Of a stretch of DNA of 64,000 bases, positions 1 through 14,400 are shown piece by piece. Numbering within the stretch: position 1 is the stretch's first letter; each line of letters begins with the position of its first letter. Origin of the DNA: Lama glama (Eukaryota); the NCBI GenBank assembly GCA_028534125.1, contig CM052817.1, forward strand, positions 90,584,001 to 90,648,000. The letters run 5' to 3'. Both the position numbers and the translations under genes were made by a program. The notes beneath the pieces were generated by a model. The model searched no databases and was not told where the DNA came from. It saw nothing but the letters and a program-made list of their open reading frames with translations.

Positions 1-94
1 ATCTTCCTCAGGATTTTGTCTAAAGTATTCTAAGGTAATACAACATCTCAGCAAACCATTTTTCTTTTTTATAACAGAGTTCTGAGATTCAGAT

Positions 95-523
95 ATGTGT
101 GGCTGAGGAAAGAACTACCCACCACAATTTTGTGTTCCTCTTTCCCAAGTATCAGTTATTCCTGGGGAGCAGCGACCCAGGAAGACCAGATTTTCCAGAC
201 TCTCTGATATCTAGCTGAGAATGTGACTCATTCTTATATGTCAACTGATGTGATAAGTGCAGGCAAGGTGGTTAAAAGGTGTGTTGCCCTGCCCTCCCCG
301 CCCCCTTCCATAAACTAACAGCTAGTTTCAAAGGCTCTAAAGAGAGGCAAAGCCACGCTGTGGAGGGAATCCGGGCCACAGAATCAACACATGGAAGAAA
401 GTCCACCAATCAGTTGGGGGCACCAACAGTGGACCATCACGTGATTTAAAAATTCAACTTGCAGTTGTTTAAAGCCATTGAACCTTTATGGTTTGTTGTA
501 GCAGCTAGTGTTACCCTAACTAA
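95..523 (+). mobile_element. MaLR LTR (MLT1-like)
   Basis: Ends ...TTTAAAGCCATTG...GTTTGTTGTAGCAGCTAGTGTTACCCTAACTAATA, a typical MLT1 3' end. Confidence 0.65.
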
Positions 524-2902
524 TAAAAGAATAAAGGGCCTCATTATATCAAGGCCTTTAGTCAATCTCAGTGAATTAATTTATAGTAGACAAAAAGGGT
601 CCTCATTAAATTTTACCTTACATGAAATTTTCTGTTTTATAAGAGATCAGTATATGATAGAATGTCTTTAAAAGAATGTCACAAATGACAAAAATCAAAT
701 TAAAATACATACCACTGAAAAAGTTAGGATAGTGAAAGTCTTCCCAGGAGTAGAGCAAAGACTGATCACTATTTTGAAATATAAAATCTTCTGCACTTCT
801 GACAATTACCACCAATCCAACAAAGATCATAGCACAACTGCCTTTTGTTTTGGTCAACAATACATAATAAGACAACGCATTATTGAATAAATACACTCTA
901 CACTGAGAACAAGGCAACATAAAATAAATATACCCACTTTGGCATAGTAAATGGGAATTAGCATCAAAACTCAATCAGGCCATAAACACGTGTCTTAGAA
1001 GGAACTAGTAACACTTCTACTATAAAACCCATAAATCAAATCCAGTCACATTTCTGACCAGCTGTGCGATAAGAAATGGAACAGGTAAATATGGAGACGT
1101 TCAACCATGACAAATGAACTACTGCTTCTACCACCAGACACTGCCTTCAACGTTTGTGACCAACCATCACAAGTGGAATTATTAGTAACCATTTTGCTTT
1201 GATATCTGATGGTCTAGTGGACAGCTGGCCTTCCAACTGGGTGCTCTGGGAATCAGAATGGAAGGTGGACAATTGATCAGATTATAGACTAACCTAATCT
1301 CACTTCAACAAGATCAGTCGTCTCATACTTGCTTTATGTATTGATGTTCCGACAGACAAATGAAGTGATCTAGTGCTTTCAAATGATTTAAAAATCACTC
1401 CATTAGATGGAAGAAGTCATGTCTTTAGGTAACTCTTTGGATTCAATACTGGCTTCCTAAAATAGTTTAAAAAATATATAAACTGGTTTCATAAAATACT
1501 GATAAATGAATGATTATAAAGTTGCATATGTATATATTTGATCCTATACATTTAAAAATAATTTTTCACTGCCACAAATCATATTTATAGGTAATTGAGG
1601 GAATAATTCTTAGTAGGAAGGGTTTGAAGTTGGTTGGGGAGTCAATAGCTCTGGCCTGGCTTTAATCAAGGTGGTAAATCTACATGGCCTGGCCACAGAG
1701 AATGTGCCACTGAGGCCTAATGGAGCCACAGAGAAGGGGAAGATGAGAAGAAATAGAGTTGATGGGCTCAGCACCTTGCCAGCTTAGAGAGACGACACAT
1801 CATTGTCAAGAAAGTGATGATGAAGACTCCTGCTTGGAACAGTTGACAGCTGCCTGCAAAGGGTGCAAAGGCCCCCAGGATGGCGGAACCTCCTGTAAGG
1901 AATCCTCTCCTCTCCTGTTCATTCACAAAGATTCATATTCCCAGCAGAAATGGAAATTGTATCATCCTTAACCTCTCAGCTCAAAAGTTAAATCTTTTGA
2001 AAAATAAGCATTTGTGCTTTATTTTATATTTGCTGATGCCTTTTCTTCAACTACCAGGATTCATAGGCAAACTTCTCCCTATGGATAATTTTTTAAAGTC
2101 AAACACAGCATGCAACCATTGAAGGACTGACTGCTCTGGAAAGAGAAGTCGTCCCCGCATTCACCCACCCCATAATTTTCCTTCTCTTTCATATTTTCCC
2201 TCAGCCACATCCCCAAATTCCTTTAACAAGAAAAAAACCACCCCAAGTGTAAACTTGCCTTATGCAACATCTTTTCTCTGAAGTTTGCCTCTGATACTTG
2301 TTTTAACCCGGTTTCAGAGAAGTATGAAAAATCATCTAGATTCCAATTCAGTCATGTTCCAGTCACTAGTGGGAACCCAGGACATCACTGGACCCTACTA
2401 GGCTTAAACTGCCTCATTAGTTACAGAGGTTGTTGGATTCACAAAGCCTGAAGTTCATTTCACTGGAAAGTTGATTATTCAATCATTTTAGCAAATAAAG
2501 CTGATTTGTAAAGACTGTTTAACAGGATACTTTGAAAATTCAGCTGAGCACTTGCTCATGTACCAGAGCTCCCCTAAGAAACACTTGTCTTGTTCTGTCC
2601 TTCAGAGGGAAAAACAGGACACTGACTTTACAAACTCTTCTCCTGGGTCTTGAGATTATGATTCTATCCTCAACCAGGAATACCAGCACATCACAGTAAC
2701 TTCCATCATTACAACTTCACAGCCGCAGCCTGGCTAAAAGTAGTGGTCATCACAGAAGATCATTTAAAGGAAAAGTGGTCTGTCCATTCTTCCAGATTCT
2801 GAAACAGTCAGTGTCTGCAGTTCAGGTCTCTCAAAGCCACATTACATGGACCATACTATCATAGACACTCACAGTTTATGTCTTTCAGTATAAAACACGC
2901 CA

Positions 2903-3060
2903 CCAGGATATATGGTATAACATGGGGCATAGAGCCAATATTTTAGAACAACTATAAAGAGAGTATAACCTTTAAAAATTGTGAATCACTATATTGCACA
3001 TCTGTAACTTCTACAACATTGTACAGCAACTATATACTTCAACTAAAAATTTTTTTAAAT
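2903..3060 (+). mobile_element. L1 3' end fragment (L1MA-like)
   Basis: ...TGTGAATCACTATATTGCACATCTGTAAC...AACTATATACTTCAA followed by an A/T-rich tail. Confidence 0.75.
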
Positions 3061-3497
3061 GTATTCCAAATATGTTTTTAAGAATCATCTGAATTTTAGG
3101 AGGACATTCATAGTAATATTATAGATATTGTCATTTGCATCTACCAGAGTCCCTTATAAAAAGTTCATTCATTTCATGTTTATCAAATATCTTCTTTATG
3201 CTAGACACTAAAAAATGATGAAGACATCAACTACAATCAAAAATTCATTCTCTCATGGAAACTAAAATTCAAACATGACAAGACATGGATGCCCCCTGAC
3301 CTGGTTCTTCACATGATTGTCTCATTTTCATCAGTCAGGCTCAGATCAAGCCTCCCTCTCAGAGAAATCACCTCTCCTTTTTCTAAGTATGCCCCACGAC
3401 CCCTGTGCTCCTCATCCCCTGTGATTTTTAATGTGAGGGAGACAAAACAAAACCTTTTCTAGCTCTAATAGTCTTTTCAAATATTTTTATGTATTCC

Positions 3498-4154
3498 TGT
3501 TAGAGCAGGCAGATAGCTAGATATGAGCAGAGAAAGGGGGACCCAGGCCATATGGCAGTAATTGGGCAGAAAGGAGGGCCACAGGCCAAATGCAGGAAAC
3601 CATACATCACGTAAGTACCAGGGGTCCCTGGGCAGAGAATGAAAAGCAGGAACCTCTGGGCTGATAAGGGGTCACACATTTTAGGGGTGACAAGTGGCCT
3701 GGAGGCCGACAAAGAAAGGTGGAAAAAAGCAGGAATCTCCAGTGTTTGAATGTAACCTTTTGCTCATTATGCCCTCATTTCAATAAAATTAGCCTTGCAG
3801 ATTAGAAGTGCCCATCATGTACCCACACCATGACACTTCCTATCCAGAATAAACAAGGACAAAAATCCCTCCTCCCCTCAGGAAGGTGGAGTTGGGATGA
3901 AAATCAGGGAATAGGACCCCAAACCCTTCCCTCTCCAATGAATATTCTACCCATTCATTTTTACACTCTATGTAACCAACTTGCCAAAGAAACTCAGGGC
4001 AGCCGCTCACCTCAGCCTGCCTGCTCTCCCCTTGAGAGTGTACTATCCCTCCCTTAATAAATCTCCACTTTACTTTCTTAACCTCCATGTCTCATCTCTG
4101 AATTCTTTCTGGGACAGGACAAGAACCTGGACACTGGCTACATCTACTGCAACA
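3498..4154 (+). mobile_element. Solo ERV1-type LTR
   Basis: TGTT...AACA termini. 4-bp TSD TTCC/TTCT. AATAAA at 4056-4061. About 657 bp. Confidence 0.85.
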
Positions 4155-6099
4155 TTCTACTCACTAAATTCTACAAAGAAATGAAGGCCACGTACTCAGC
4201 ATTTAAAGTGCCCTCAGAGTATTTTCTCTAAATCTCTAGAGCAAGTATTTTTGAGTGTTGTCAATATTATTTGTCGCCCTTAAGGACAAGTCTGTTTTTT
4301 ATGCAGCTTGTAATCTCAAATGGAAAGAGTTCCTGGCCTCTTTGGCCTCGGTTATTATTATCATTATTATTATTTATTATTATTATTTTTGCTTTTTATC
4401 AACCTTTTATTTGTAGGACATGTTCTAAAAGAAATGGTTCATTAAACAGAGAGAGAGAGGATAACTACTTTGGAAGATAAAACTTGGGATAAAAAAGTGA
4501 AACAGAAGTATGTTTACAATAGCGATGGAAAGACTCAAAGAAACTTACCAAATTTAACTTACTTCAACCAAACTAAGCTATCGTTTTGACTCTTCCTTTT
4601 ACATTATTTTCACAGCCATGAGATAAATCTGTACAAATCTCCCAAAAGAAGACTTAAAAAAATAAATGGAAGCAGTGAAGAGGAAAAAGAGGGGAAAAAA
4701 GTTGAGGTGGCTTTAACAGAGAAAAGAAATGTTTATTCCATCAAAACCTCATGTGAATTCTAAATTATTAAATCTCTGAGAACACCTGATTTATGAACAG
4801 GATAACACAGCCCCTAGCCAAAATCATTTTTAATAAAAAGCAGGAAACCTCCTGAAGTTCATCTCCGATTTAATATCAAACACAGCAGCCACACACAAAC
4901 ACTTTCCCATAAAACACAAACACAGCACGGCACAGTCAGCTGGTAGCCAGCGGCAGGGAGTCAGCAGAACACACTAACAGGGTGTCAGAGCCAGGGAAGG
5001 GATCAGGCTCACAATCGAGATGGAGCAGCCATGAGGAGTGGACCACAGACTGAGATGATGTCACGGAGGAAGGGAAGAGGGCATAAGGAAGGCTCATTTC
5101 TGAACACAGGAGAACAGCTGATCTTTCCTGGTCAAAGCACCGAGCTTCCTGAGTGACTATGGGATGGAGAGAGCATTGCAACTGTGTCCTGTGTTGATTT
5201 CTGCACATAAACTTAGAATGTACCAAGTGAACTGGAACCACCACTAGAAAACAAGTGCTAGTAATGAAATCAATGAAATCCAATAATGCCATCCTCATTT
5301 TGTAGGAAAAGTAGCAGGTGTCTAAGAGAGGCATAAAAACATGACTCCAATATTTTCCAACAGATGCTTGGTTCATCGATAAGAAGGATATCAGGGGGGA
5401 AAAATATCCTTTCTAATTTATGTTGCTTAGGAATCGAGTTTATTACCATGTTCATAACCTATGTGGCAAAGGATTATTTCTCAGGAACACAAATTCGACT
5501 AGTTGGATACATTTATAATAGTTAAATTCATTCATGTTTAATCCTTTACAGGGTAGTTTCAACAACTACAAGGATCATAAAGAAATATTTTTTGCATGTT
5601 TCCATTGATATTTCCATTAACATTTTGGCACTTGGTATTTTGTTAAAAAATATTCTGGAAAATAGAAAATCATTCTGAAAGGTGCTCCATTTGTAGAGCT
5701 CAGGGAATTAAAAAAGAAAGGCCAAAGGGGAAGTGAGTAAGACTAATATTATCGACAGAAACCTTGTAGGTTACTTTAATTAGTTAGTATTTTAAAAATC
5801 TAATAGAAGAAAAAGAAACCAAGTTAACAACTAAGCATAGTCAGCAAAAGAAATGTCTGGACTATAAAGAATTTAGCCATACATTTAGAATATATCTTTA
5901 TATAGTACAGGTTGTATCATGAGATAATACGACCAAGATAATTTGAAAAACTGTGAGCTTTACATTTCAAAGCACTATCTAGATTATTCTCCTATGCATA
6001 AAAAGCTTGGAGTAGAAATTGCCTTCATACAAATATGTTATACTCAATGTTGATTTCTTCAGAGGAAAAGAATAATAATTAAGGCCATCTTTCCCTGCA

Positions 6100-7220
6100 G
6101 ATTAAAAAGAGTATTAAAACTTTTAATAATAAAAATTATATAGTCATTGGCTGATACAGCAACAGAAAGATAAATAGAGCAGAATAGATTACCTTGAAAT
6201 ACAACCTAGTAAAAGACATAAAAACTGAATACATAATACAAGTGTAGTACATATTATAAACCATGTAAGCATCGTAAGATAAGGGGTAATATGACTTTAA
6301 TAAATGATGGGATACTGGGAATTTGGGGAGAAATCAAGAGCTTACACTGGATCATATTCAAAGAAATCCATTCCTGATAAGATAAAAAGTTTAATGTGAA
6401 AAGAAATCAGGGGAAAACAAACAGAAAATGTGAGTAAGATTTACATGATCTACAGGTGTAGAAAGATCTCCGATATAAAAGCAGTGTCTAGAAGTTTCCA
6501 AAAATTGCAACATTTAAATGTAGCAGTTACATTTAAATATTTAACATATTAAATTACTATATTTAAATTTAAAGTTAAGCTGAATCATAAGGAAAATTTA
6601 CTTACTGAAGAACTGATGAAATATTTTGCAAAAAAATGTAAGAAATAAAGAATCATCGCCTGTAACATACAAAGAATTCTGCTGAATCACTCATATTCAG
6701 GCCCCCACATGGCAACCACACACAGCTACTAGACAGGGGAGTCACACAGATTCACGTGTGATTAAAAAAAAATGCAACTTGAAACAATGGGGAGTAATTT
6801 TTGCTTTTTAATTAACAAAGATTTTTGTAAATAATGACACTCAACGCTGATTAAGTATTCTTAACTCTCGTTATTGTGGGAGGAAACTGATATACCCCTT
6901 CTGGAAAGCAACTTGGTAATGCAGAAAGAAACTTTTAAAAAGTTCATTGCCTTTGATATAGTAATTCTCTTCTAGCAATCTTGCTGAGAAAATCATTAAG
7001 TATGTACAAAGATTAATATATTAAACACATGACACAGCATTATTAGGCTAAGAAAAATTGGAAACAATTTCAATGCCTAAGAGAAAAAGGAGTAATTATT
7101 GGTACATCTACCCAATGAAATATTATACCACCATTAAAAATGGTGTTTACTTAGATTTTAAAGATCTAGGGAAATCTAATGAAATGACATGAAATGAAAA
7201 AAGCAGGATCAATCTAGATG
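6100..7220 (+). mobile_element. Ancient L1 (L1M/L1ME-like) ORF2 3' end and 3'UTR relic
   Basis: A-rich degenerate L1 motifs (CTTCTGGAAAGCAACTTGG; AATTGGAAACAA...AATGCC; GGTACATCTACCCAATGAAATATTATAC). Confidence 0.65.
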
Positions 7221-7575
7221 AACAGAAAGAGCTAGAGCTAAGCTCGAGACACAGCAAATCAAGATGGCAGAGCAGACTTCAAGGTGCCTTCAAACTGCTG
7301 GGGATACAGTAATGAATGACACAGGGGAAACTGACAACAAATAAACAAATATATATATATATAATGTAATGGCAGGGTTATGAAGAAAAACACATATGTA
7401 CATTCATCTCAAGTAATATAATGTGACACATACATACATGGCAGAAACACACACACATATACATACAGAAGGGGAAAAAACACACTATCAAAACAATAAA
7501 AATGAGGCCTTTCATTTGATGTGATCATGAGATGAGAGATGACTTTTTCTTTTACACATTTTTGGATATTCTAAT

Positions 7576-8004
7576 TTGATCACATGGATGTGCTTAGAGA
7601 TTGTCATTCTAAGTGAAGTAAGCCAGAGAGAAAGAAAAATACCATGTGATATCATTTATATGTGGAATACAAAAAAGAAAAAAGAGGACACTATGAACTC
7701 ATCTACAAAACAGAAACAGACTCACAGACATAGTAAACAATCTTATGGTTACCGGAGGAAAGGGGTGGGAAGGGATAAATTTGGGAGTTTGAGATTTGCA
7801 AATATTAACTACTATATATAAAAATAGATAAACAAATTAATTCTGTATAGCACAGGGAACTATATTCAGTATCTTATAATAATCTTTAATGAAAAAGAAT
7901 ATGAAAATGAATATATGTATGTATATGCATGACTGGGACATATACTGTACACCAGAAACTGACACATTGTAACTGACTGTACTTCAATAAAAAATAAAGA
8001 TAAA
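7576..8004 (+). mobile_element. Cetartiodactyl-type L1 3' end
   Basis: ORF2 C-terminal remnant (TWMCLEIVILSEVSQ), 3'UTR TGTATAGCACAGGGAACTATATTCA, and AATAAA plus an A-rich tail. Confidence 0.9.
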
Positions 8005-10579
8005 GGGGGAAAGGCTACGTATTGCTATTGAAAATACTATGAAGGTCATAAAGTTTTACTTTGACTTTTTCTAGTAGGGTACAGAATACATAGAAAGAAA
8101 TGTTTCTATCGCTTGACTAAATCATTTGACCACAACTAGAGATGGAGATTGGTGTCCTAGTCATTGAAAAATGGAATAAACAAAGTGCGTCTGTCAGGAG
8201 AAATACAAGAATGAGATCATCAGGACATCTCGTGTTCCTGGGTGCCCCTGATGAGAGGTGCAGAGTTGAGGGGGCTGGGTTGACCAGTGAGGGACTTCCG
8301 CCCAGGAGCAGCTACAGAAACAACAGGAGCCCAATTCACACTATCTTTTAGAGAACAGGAAACTCCGGCTCTGTTTAGTCACTGTCTCAGATCATAAATT
8401 TGATGGTTTGAAAGCACCTACATATCCAAACAGAAGCTTTCTCTTATGCTGCAGTTCAGAGTTCAGATTGTGGCTTGGCAGAAAGCCAAATGGCTGCGTG
8501 GCCCAGCCAGAGACACTGGCGAGTTCAATTTGTAGCTGTGTTCCCCCAACGTTGACCACTTGCTCCCCTCTCCTTGGCAAGAGTACACTCATCCACCCAT
8601 CGGCATCATGAGGATCAAACAGCTAAACACACACATTTCAAACACATTTAACCTTTCTTCCATCAGACCCTGAGCAGCTACAAAACAGTATTTTAGCATC
8701 AGGACCTTCAGTTGCTATCCATCTCACTCATTTCTTTTGTCATTTTCTGGCTCAAAAAAAAAAAAAAGAAATTAATTGCGTCTTCTATATCAATTTCTGT
8801 TTTGTCTGCCTCAGGCCGGAATAAAGGAAGTGTGAGATTTTGATTGTTTGACAATATCAATACAGAAAAATTAAATATTGCCCCCCAGAGAGTTATCAGA
8901 ACTGTTTTAAGTACCAGCATATCTGTAAAGACGTTAGAAAAAATAAAAAGCAACTCTTGTAAGAGCCTAACATTTTAGCATTTCCTCATCATCAAGTTTC
9001 TGTTTTATTCTTATAACCAAAAGACCTTCAATAAATGACCTTGGACAGATTACTTAATTCAGCTAGCCTGGGACCTCTTTTATAATGTTTGAATAACAGT
9101 TTTAGAAAGTGGAACACAGGCAAATGTTAATGCTTTTGCACATTTTTAAAAGCAGTTTTGTTCTCTTCTCAAATGACATGTGGGTCACTCCTAATGATTA
9201 CACTCTCCCCTCAGCTAATTTCAAGGCTGCAGTCTTGCCACATTCATCTCTCTCAGATTTGTATTCAACAATGCAAAGTGTTTAGAAAGAGGACTAGAAA
9301 GGGATTCAGGTTTTAACTTGTAAACATAGACAAATTAATCCACCTCTATGACTTCAATTTCTTTATCTTTCCAAAGAAAGGGTTGGAAAAGTTGATGGTT
9401 ACTTCATTTCCAATTCTAACCTTCCAGGCCTTTGTGCTTTATTTTCTCAAGGTCAAGTTCATGATGTTGTTCACCATGGCAGTGAGTCAGTCTAATAAAC
9501 TAGGGCAGCCAGGCCACCATGTAAATGAAAGGAGATAAGTGGGTGGAGAACTATTTGTACACAGATGTAACATGAAAATTGAACCAATTTAGACATTTAG
9601 AGACAATCACACACTTTCCTATCTATCCCTGAGAGAATGACCATGACAGCAGAATGTCAGGAAGGAAGAAAAAACTGGTATCATGAAGGGTCAACAGGAG
9701 AGACACTATGGATAAGGTGGGACATGAGATGCTTATAGAAAGACCGTGTGATAGGCAACCTACCAGGTTCTAGAAATGCCTCTGCTTATAAAGTCATGCA
9801 TTATCATCTTTTGTCTCTATCTCATTTTGTGTTATATGACTATATAAGCTTTACTTTTTCACACACTAAGAAAAATTTGAGTGCTATGCCATGGACTTAA
9901 TTTCATAAACTATCTTTCATATAATACTGTGTACCTTGCCATATAAAACAGTGGCCTTAGTAATTGATTACTGCATTCTCGTTTGTATCATGATTGATTA
10001 TTGTTAAGTTTTTGATATTCTGTTCCACATATACAATTTCAAGAGAGACAGAGAATATGAGAAAAGGGGAAAATGAGAACATGACCCAGCAGTAAACAGT
10101 TGGGGCAAGCATCTGATTTTTAGAAGCTATAAATTGGTCTCCTTAGATAACCAATGAAATACTCTATGTTTTTGAAAAACAACCCTCTATGTCAGAAATT
10201 AGAAACGCCTGACTCAGACTGAGATCGTTTCTGCTTCCCATGGCAAAGTGTTTCAAACAAGGATGTCTTTTACCTCGTCATAATGGAATGCAAACCCAAC
10301 ACTGAACCAGTGCAGAAAAAAGTGGTAGTTGGCCCAAGTTCACAAATCCTGATCTGACAATCCCTATTGGATTACAAATGAGCTAATGACATGATGTTTG
10401 ATGACAACAGTAAAAAGTAAATGGTTGACCATTAAATAAACATCTACTATGAGCAAGATATTGTCAGACACATGAGTATATTATTTTTAATTCTTGCAAA
10501 ACTCTCCACAGTAAGCATTAGAATACCCACTTAACAGCTGGGTAAGGGAACAAATATACATTTAAAAAATATTACAAAA

Positions 10580-10598
10580 CTCTCTCTCTCTCTCTCTC
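10580..10598. repeat. (CT)9 microsatellite
   Basis: Direct reading. Confidence 0.95.
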
Positions 10599-11299
10599 GT
10601 TCTTTAGGTAGGCAGCAAAAAATTATAAATAAGTAAATGCAATTCTAACCAGATTATTGGAAATGCCTAATGCCTCAAGTAGTTGACTTATCAGAGAAGA
10701 TACTTCTCTGCATAGGTAATTCCTTCATAATATACACTTAGACCCTCGAGAAAAATGAAACACATAGTAAAATGCTACCATGAACATCTGTACCACTTCA
10801 TACACCATTTGATACCTTCTGCAGGCATATATGCTAAAAACAGTAAACAGGATCCCGGATTCATCATGCACATTGCTGATCACCCTAACAAGTGTACTAA
10901 CATCTGTATTCATTCAGTGCACTCCGTGCATCACAAGATCCTGTACTTAAGGTGATCCCACTTAATCAGTTTCCACAGCTTGGATCTAACCCTAGATCTT
11001 CAGATCTAATCATTAAGTTCCTACACAGCGGAGCGCCGATTTGGCTGTATCCCATCCCCAGTTTGTCCATCCAAACTTCCTACCACTTTCTGAAATAACT
11101 CAAAAAAGCTACAGTCCACTCTAATCTCCCAATCATCATGAGATCTAGAAACTGGTCACAGAATCCCTTTCTCTGTGTCAGTGTCCTTGACATTTTTTCT
11201 TCCTGTGACAGAGATCCTAAGTTTCATGCCTTGACCATGCTCCCCAAATGCTCCTTCTATTTGTCAAGCTAGGGACTTGTGTGTCATCTACAAGAATCA

Positions 11300-11480
11300 T
11301 AGAACATAGCAGAGTTGAAAGAAAACTCAGAATTGGCTATTCTACCATTCTTTTTCTGCAGTTGAGAAATCAGAGGCTCAGAGAGGATAAAGGATGTAGC
11401 TAAGATCACAGAATTAAATGTTTCCAGAACCAGAACTAGAACCTTAGTCACCTGACTCCAAGTTCAGAGCTCTTTCCACA
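11300..11480. mobile_element. MIR SINE
   Basis: MIR core CAGTTGAGAAATCAGAGGCTCAGAGAGG...AAGATCACA...CCTGACTCCAAG. Similar remnants at ~12.6, 13.5, 18.45, 35.75, 38.75, 39.3 and 44.5 kb. Confidence 0.75.
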
Positions 11481-14400
11481 AAGAAAGAGTCTCAGCTGCC
11501 TCCCAGCCCGGCTCCCGTCCTGGACTGGCATTGTTATTTTCCCCACCTTCTTTATCCCACTCTTCCCCTAGAACACCAAATGTTTGAAAGTCAGATTTTT
11601 AGCATATATTATTTAAAATATTTTATATTATAGAAGAAAACTGAGGCAATGGCCTCTCACTTTTTCAACTTCAATATCTAAAGACTTGCAGCTGAATGAT
11701 AACCCCTTTTACGTCTATTGTGAAAATTTCAATGCCTGACCAAATTCTCATTTCAACACATTTGAAAATAAATTTTATTCTAAAATGCACTCTTATTAAA
11801 TTTAATCTCATTTGGTCTTTTATTAGCATGGAGAATAAATCATATCACCTTTTTCATTCAAAAAACAAGACAAACTCCCCTGGATTTTTGAGGAGAGGAT
11901 GTGAAGGCTATGTTGACTCACCCTTCTTCTCTAAGCAGTTTGTTTAGTCCATATCTTTGGGCTGAGACAGTGTGGAGATTATGGTGCTATTTGCTACAAT
12001 TTTCTGTCATGTGATTTGTCACCTTGTCTGACTCTAGCAATGGTTCAAGTCCAAGAAGCAATTACCTTTCCCAAGATATTTGCTTTTGTTAAAAATAAAG
12101 ATATAAAAGAAGACTGAAAGGTTACTTCTTGGATTGCAATGCTCTTGAAACTGTATATATGTCACAAAAAGAAAAGCAACTGAACCTGCTATTAGGGTCA
12201 TCTTCCCCAAGCACTGCTTCACATACACCAAAAACCTGCAACAGGTCCCCACACCCCCATCTCACGGGCTACTGGATCAAGTCCAAAATTCTTGTAATAG
12301 AGGCTAAAGCTCACCACATGCCAGCATCCACATCTTTAACTACCATATCTTTCACTCCTCTTCACAATGCTTTGTTTTCACCAGAGCAGTTTACATCGTA
12401 TTCCCTGAAACCACTAAACAGTTCCATGCTCTGTGTATGGTCATCCCTCGTTTGAGATGCCTTCACTTTTCTGTTCTTCCTTTCTAGGTCCTGCTCTTCT
12501 CCCAACTTCCTCTTCCACAGCAAAGTTACCTCCTTAGTCAGCCATCACGCCCCCTGCACACCCATGGGTCACTTCCACTTCGTACCCTAAGAAAATGACT
12601 GGCATGTTGGAAAGAGCCCTGGAGCCAAATAGTCCCTGCATTGTATCAAGCATGGATTATAATCCTAGTCTTCTCATGTACTAATTACATGCCTATGAGA
12701 AGTTACTCCACTTCCACATGCTTCAACTTTCTCAACTGAAGAATGGGACTAAGACACACCATATTGTTAAAAATAATCTGAAGGGCTACCCAGCAATCCA
12801 TCTATTACTCAGATAACAAGTACCATTTATATTTTAAATAAAGACTACGCATTTTTAAATTAGACCAAAAATTCATTAAAAAAAATTGGGGGGTAAACTA
12901 ATAACTTGTGTTTTCCTGTTTTGTACCAGTTTGATAATTCGACAGCTTCCTTTCGGAAATAAAAATTTAAATACATGCTATCAGCCACTCAGATCAAGAA
13001 CTTGTTCGTCAGATTTCATAAAGGAATTTCTCGGTAAGATAGTGAACCTAAAAATAGGTGACCACAGTGGAAGTACAAACAGTCCATCCATCCTACCAGC
13101 ACCGTTGGCTAACAGTGTGACGGGGCCAGTATGGGTATGGGTATACAAATATTTGGTTCAGTAGGAAAAAAAAATCTGCCAAGAAATTCATTCTGATTAG
13201 GATGCGTGAGCGTATTACTACCTGAGGGAGGTTAGAGACTATTAAATAAAAAGCAGTTCTCATCATCTTCTGAACCTTTTAACTACTAATAATTGGGTAC
13301 TTTGCTGATGAGGCAGAACAACTTTTCAAGCTGATTAATAGGTCATGTGTGTTGAAAAGGCACCCCGTTCATAAAATAATTATGCTAATCCTCTAATTTT
13401 TTCCAAAGATTATGAAATATTCTAATCTTTGAAGAACATAGGTTTGGGTTGCAGATGGTGTTTGTATATTACTTGTCAGGCTCATTAACATTTTTGATTT
13501 TCACATATTTTATCCTCCCAACCCCATGAGAACTGTAATATAGGGATTATTACCCTCTATTTCAAAGGGGTAAACAGACTCAGAAGCAATTTAGAGGTCT
13601 GCCCAAGGTCAAACATCTAGTTAAGAGGAGACAGCATCAGAATTTTTATTTTCTGAACCAGTGTTATTTTCAAAGACTCAGTAAGTAAATATTTTTACAG
13701 TTCATAAAAGTGAAGGACATGTTTCTTCACTGTAAAGTCTCAACTTTATTGGGTTCACTTTAGACGTTTACATTATTGGTAATACAGTTTGAGCTTTTGC
13801 CTATACAAGTTCAAAAGTTGCTCATTTTCCAGAGTAGATCGCTAAGCTCAGTCAGTGTTTGAATATGACTGGGCAAAATTATCAAGATTATTTCAGTGCC
13901 TGGTAAGTGCATATATAATGGCCTAGATGCATTTAGTCTCTGCCCATAATGAATGACATGGGATATTACTCTGTTTTTGTGAGAATGTTAAACAACAATG
14001 ACACTGAATGAAAACCAAGCAGCGGTCCACAAACTAGATTTTAGTGGTCCAAGAAGTTTTTCACCAAGTGTAACCCAGAATGTAAAATTTAGTTATGAGC
14101 CACCTTTTGGGTACAATCATTAACTTTCAAATCCAGGCATAGAGAAGGGTAGCTTATTTGCATAAATCAGAATATGGATGAGGGGAGTTACTAAAGTGTG
14201 AACTCCAAAGCAGGAGACAATCTAATGACTGATTTATTGCTTCTAATTGCAGAAGGTATTTCCTTTCTGATAAGAGGATTCTAACTCTGTAACCCCTGGT
14301 GTTTGAGAAAATGACCTTTGGGTTGTACCTATTACAGTCAAGACATATAACCCCTCTACTTATGCCACTCAACAAATAATTTATAAAAGATTGAAATAGT

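Noticed and set aside
4936..5376. 146-aa minus-strand ORF as SLC7A11 exon 7 or a new gene
   Set aside because: No similarity to xCT residues after 264 or to any family I recognise.
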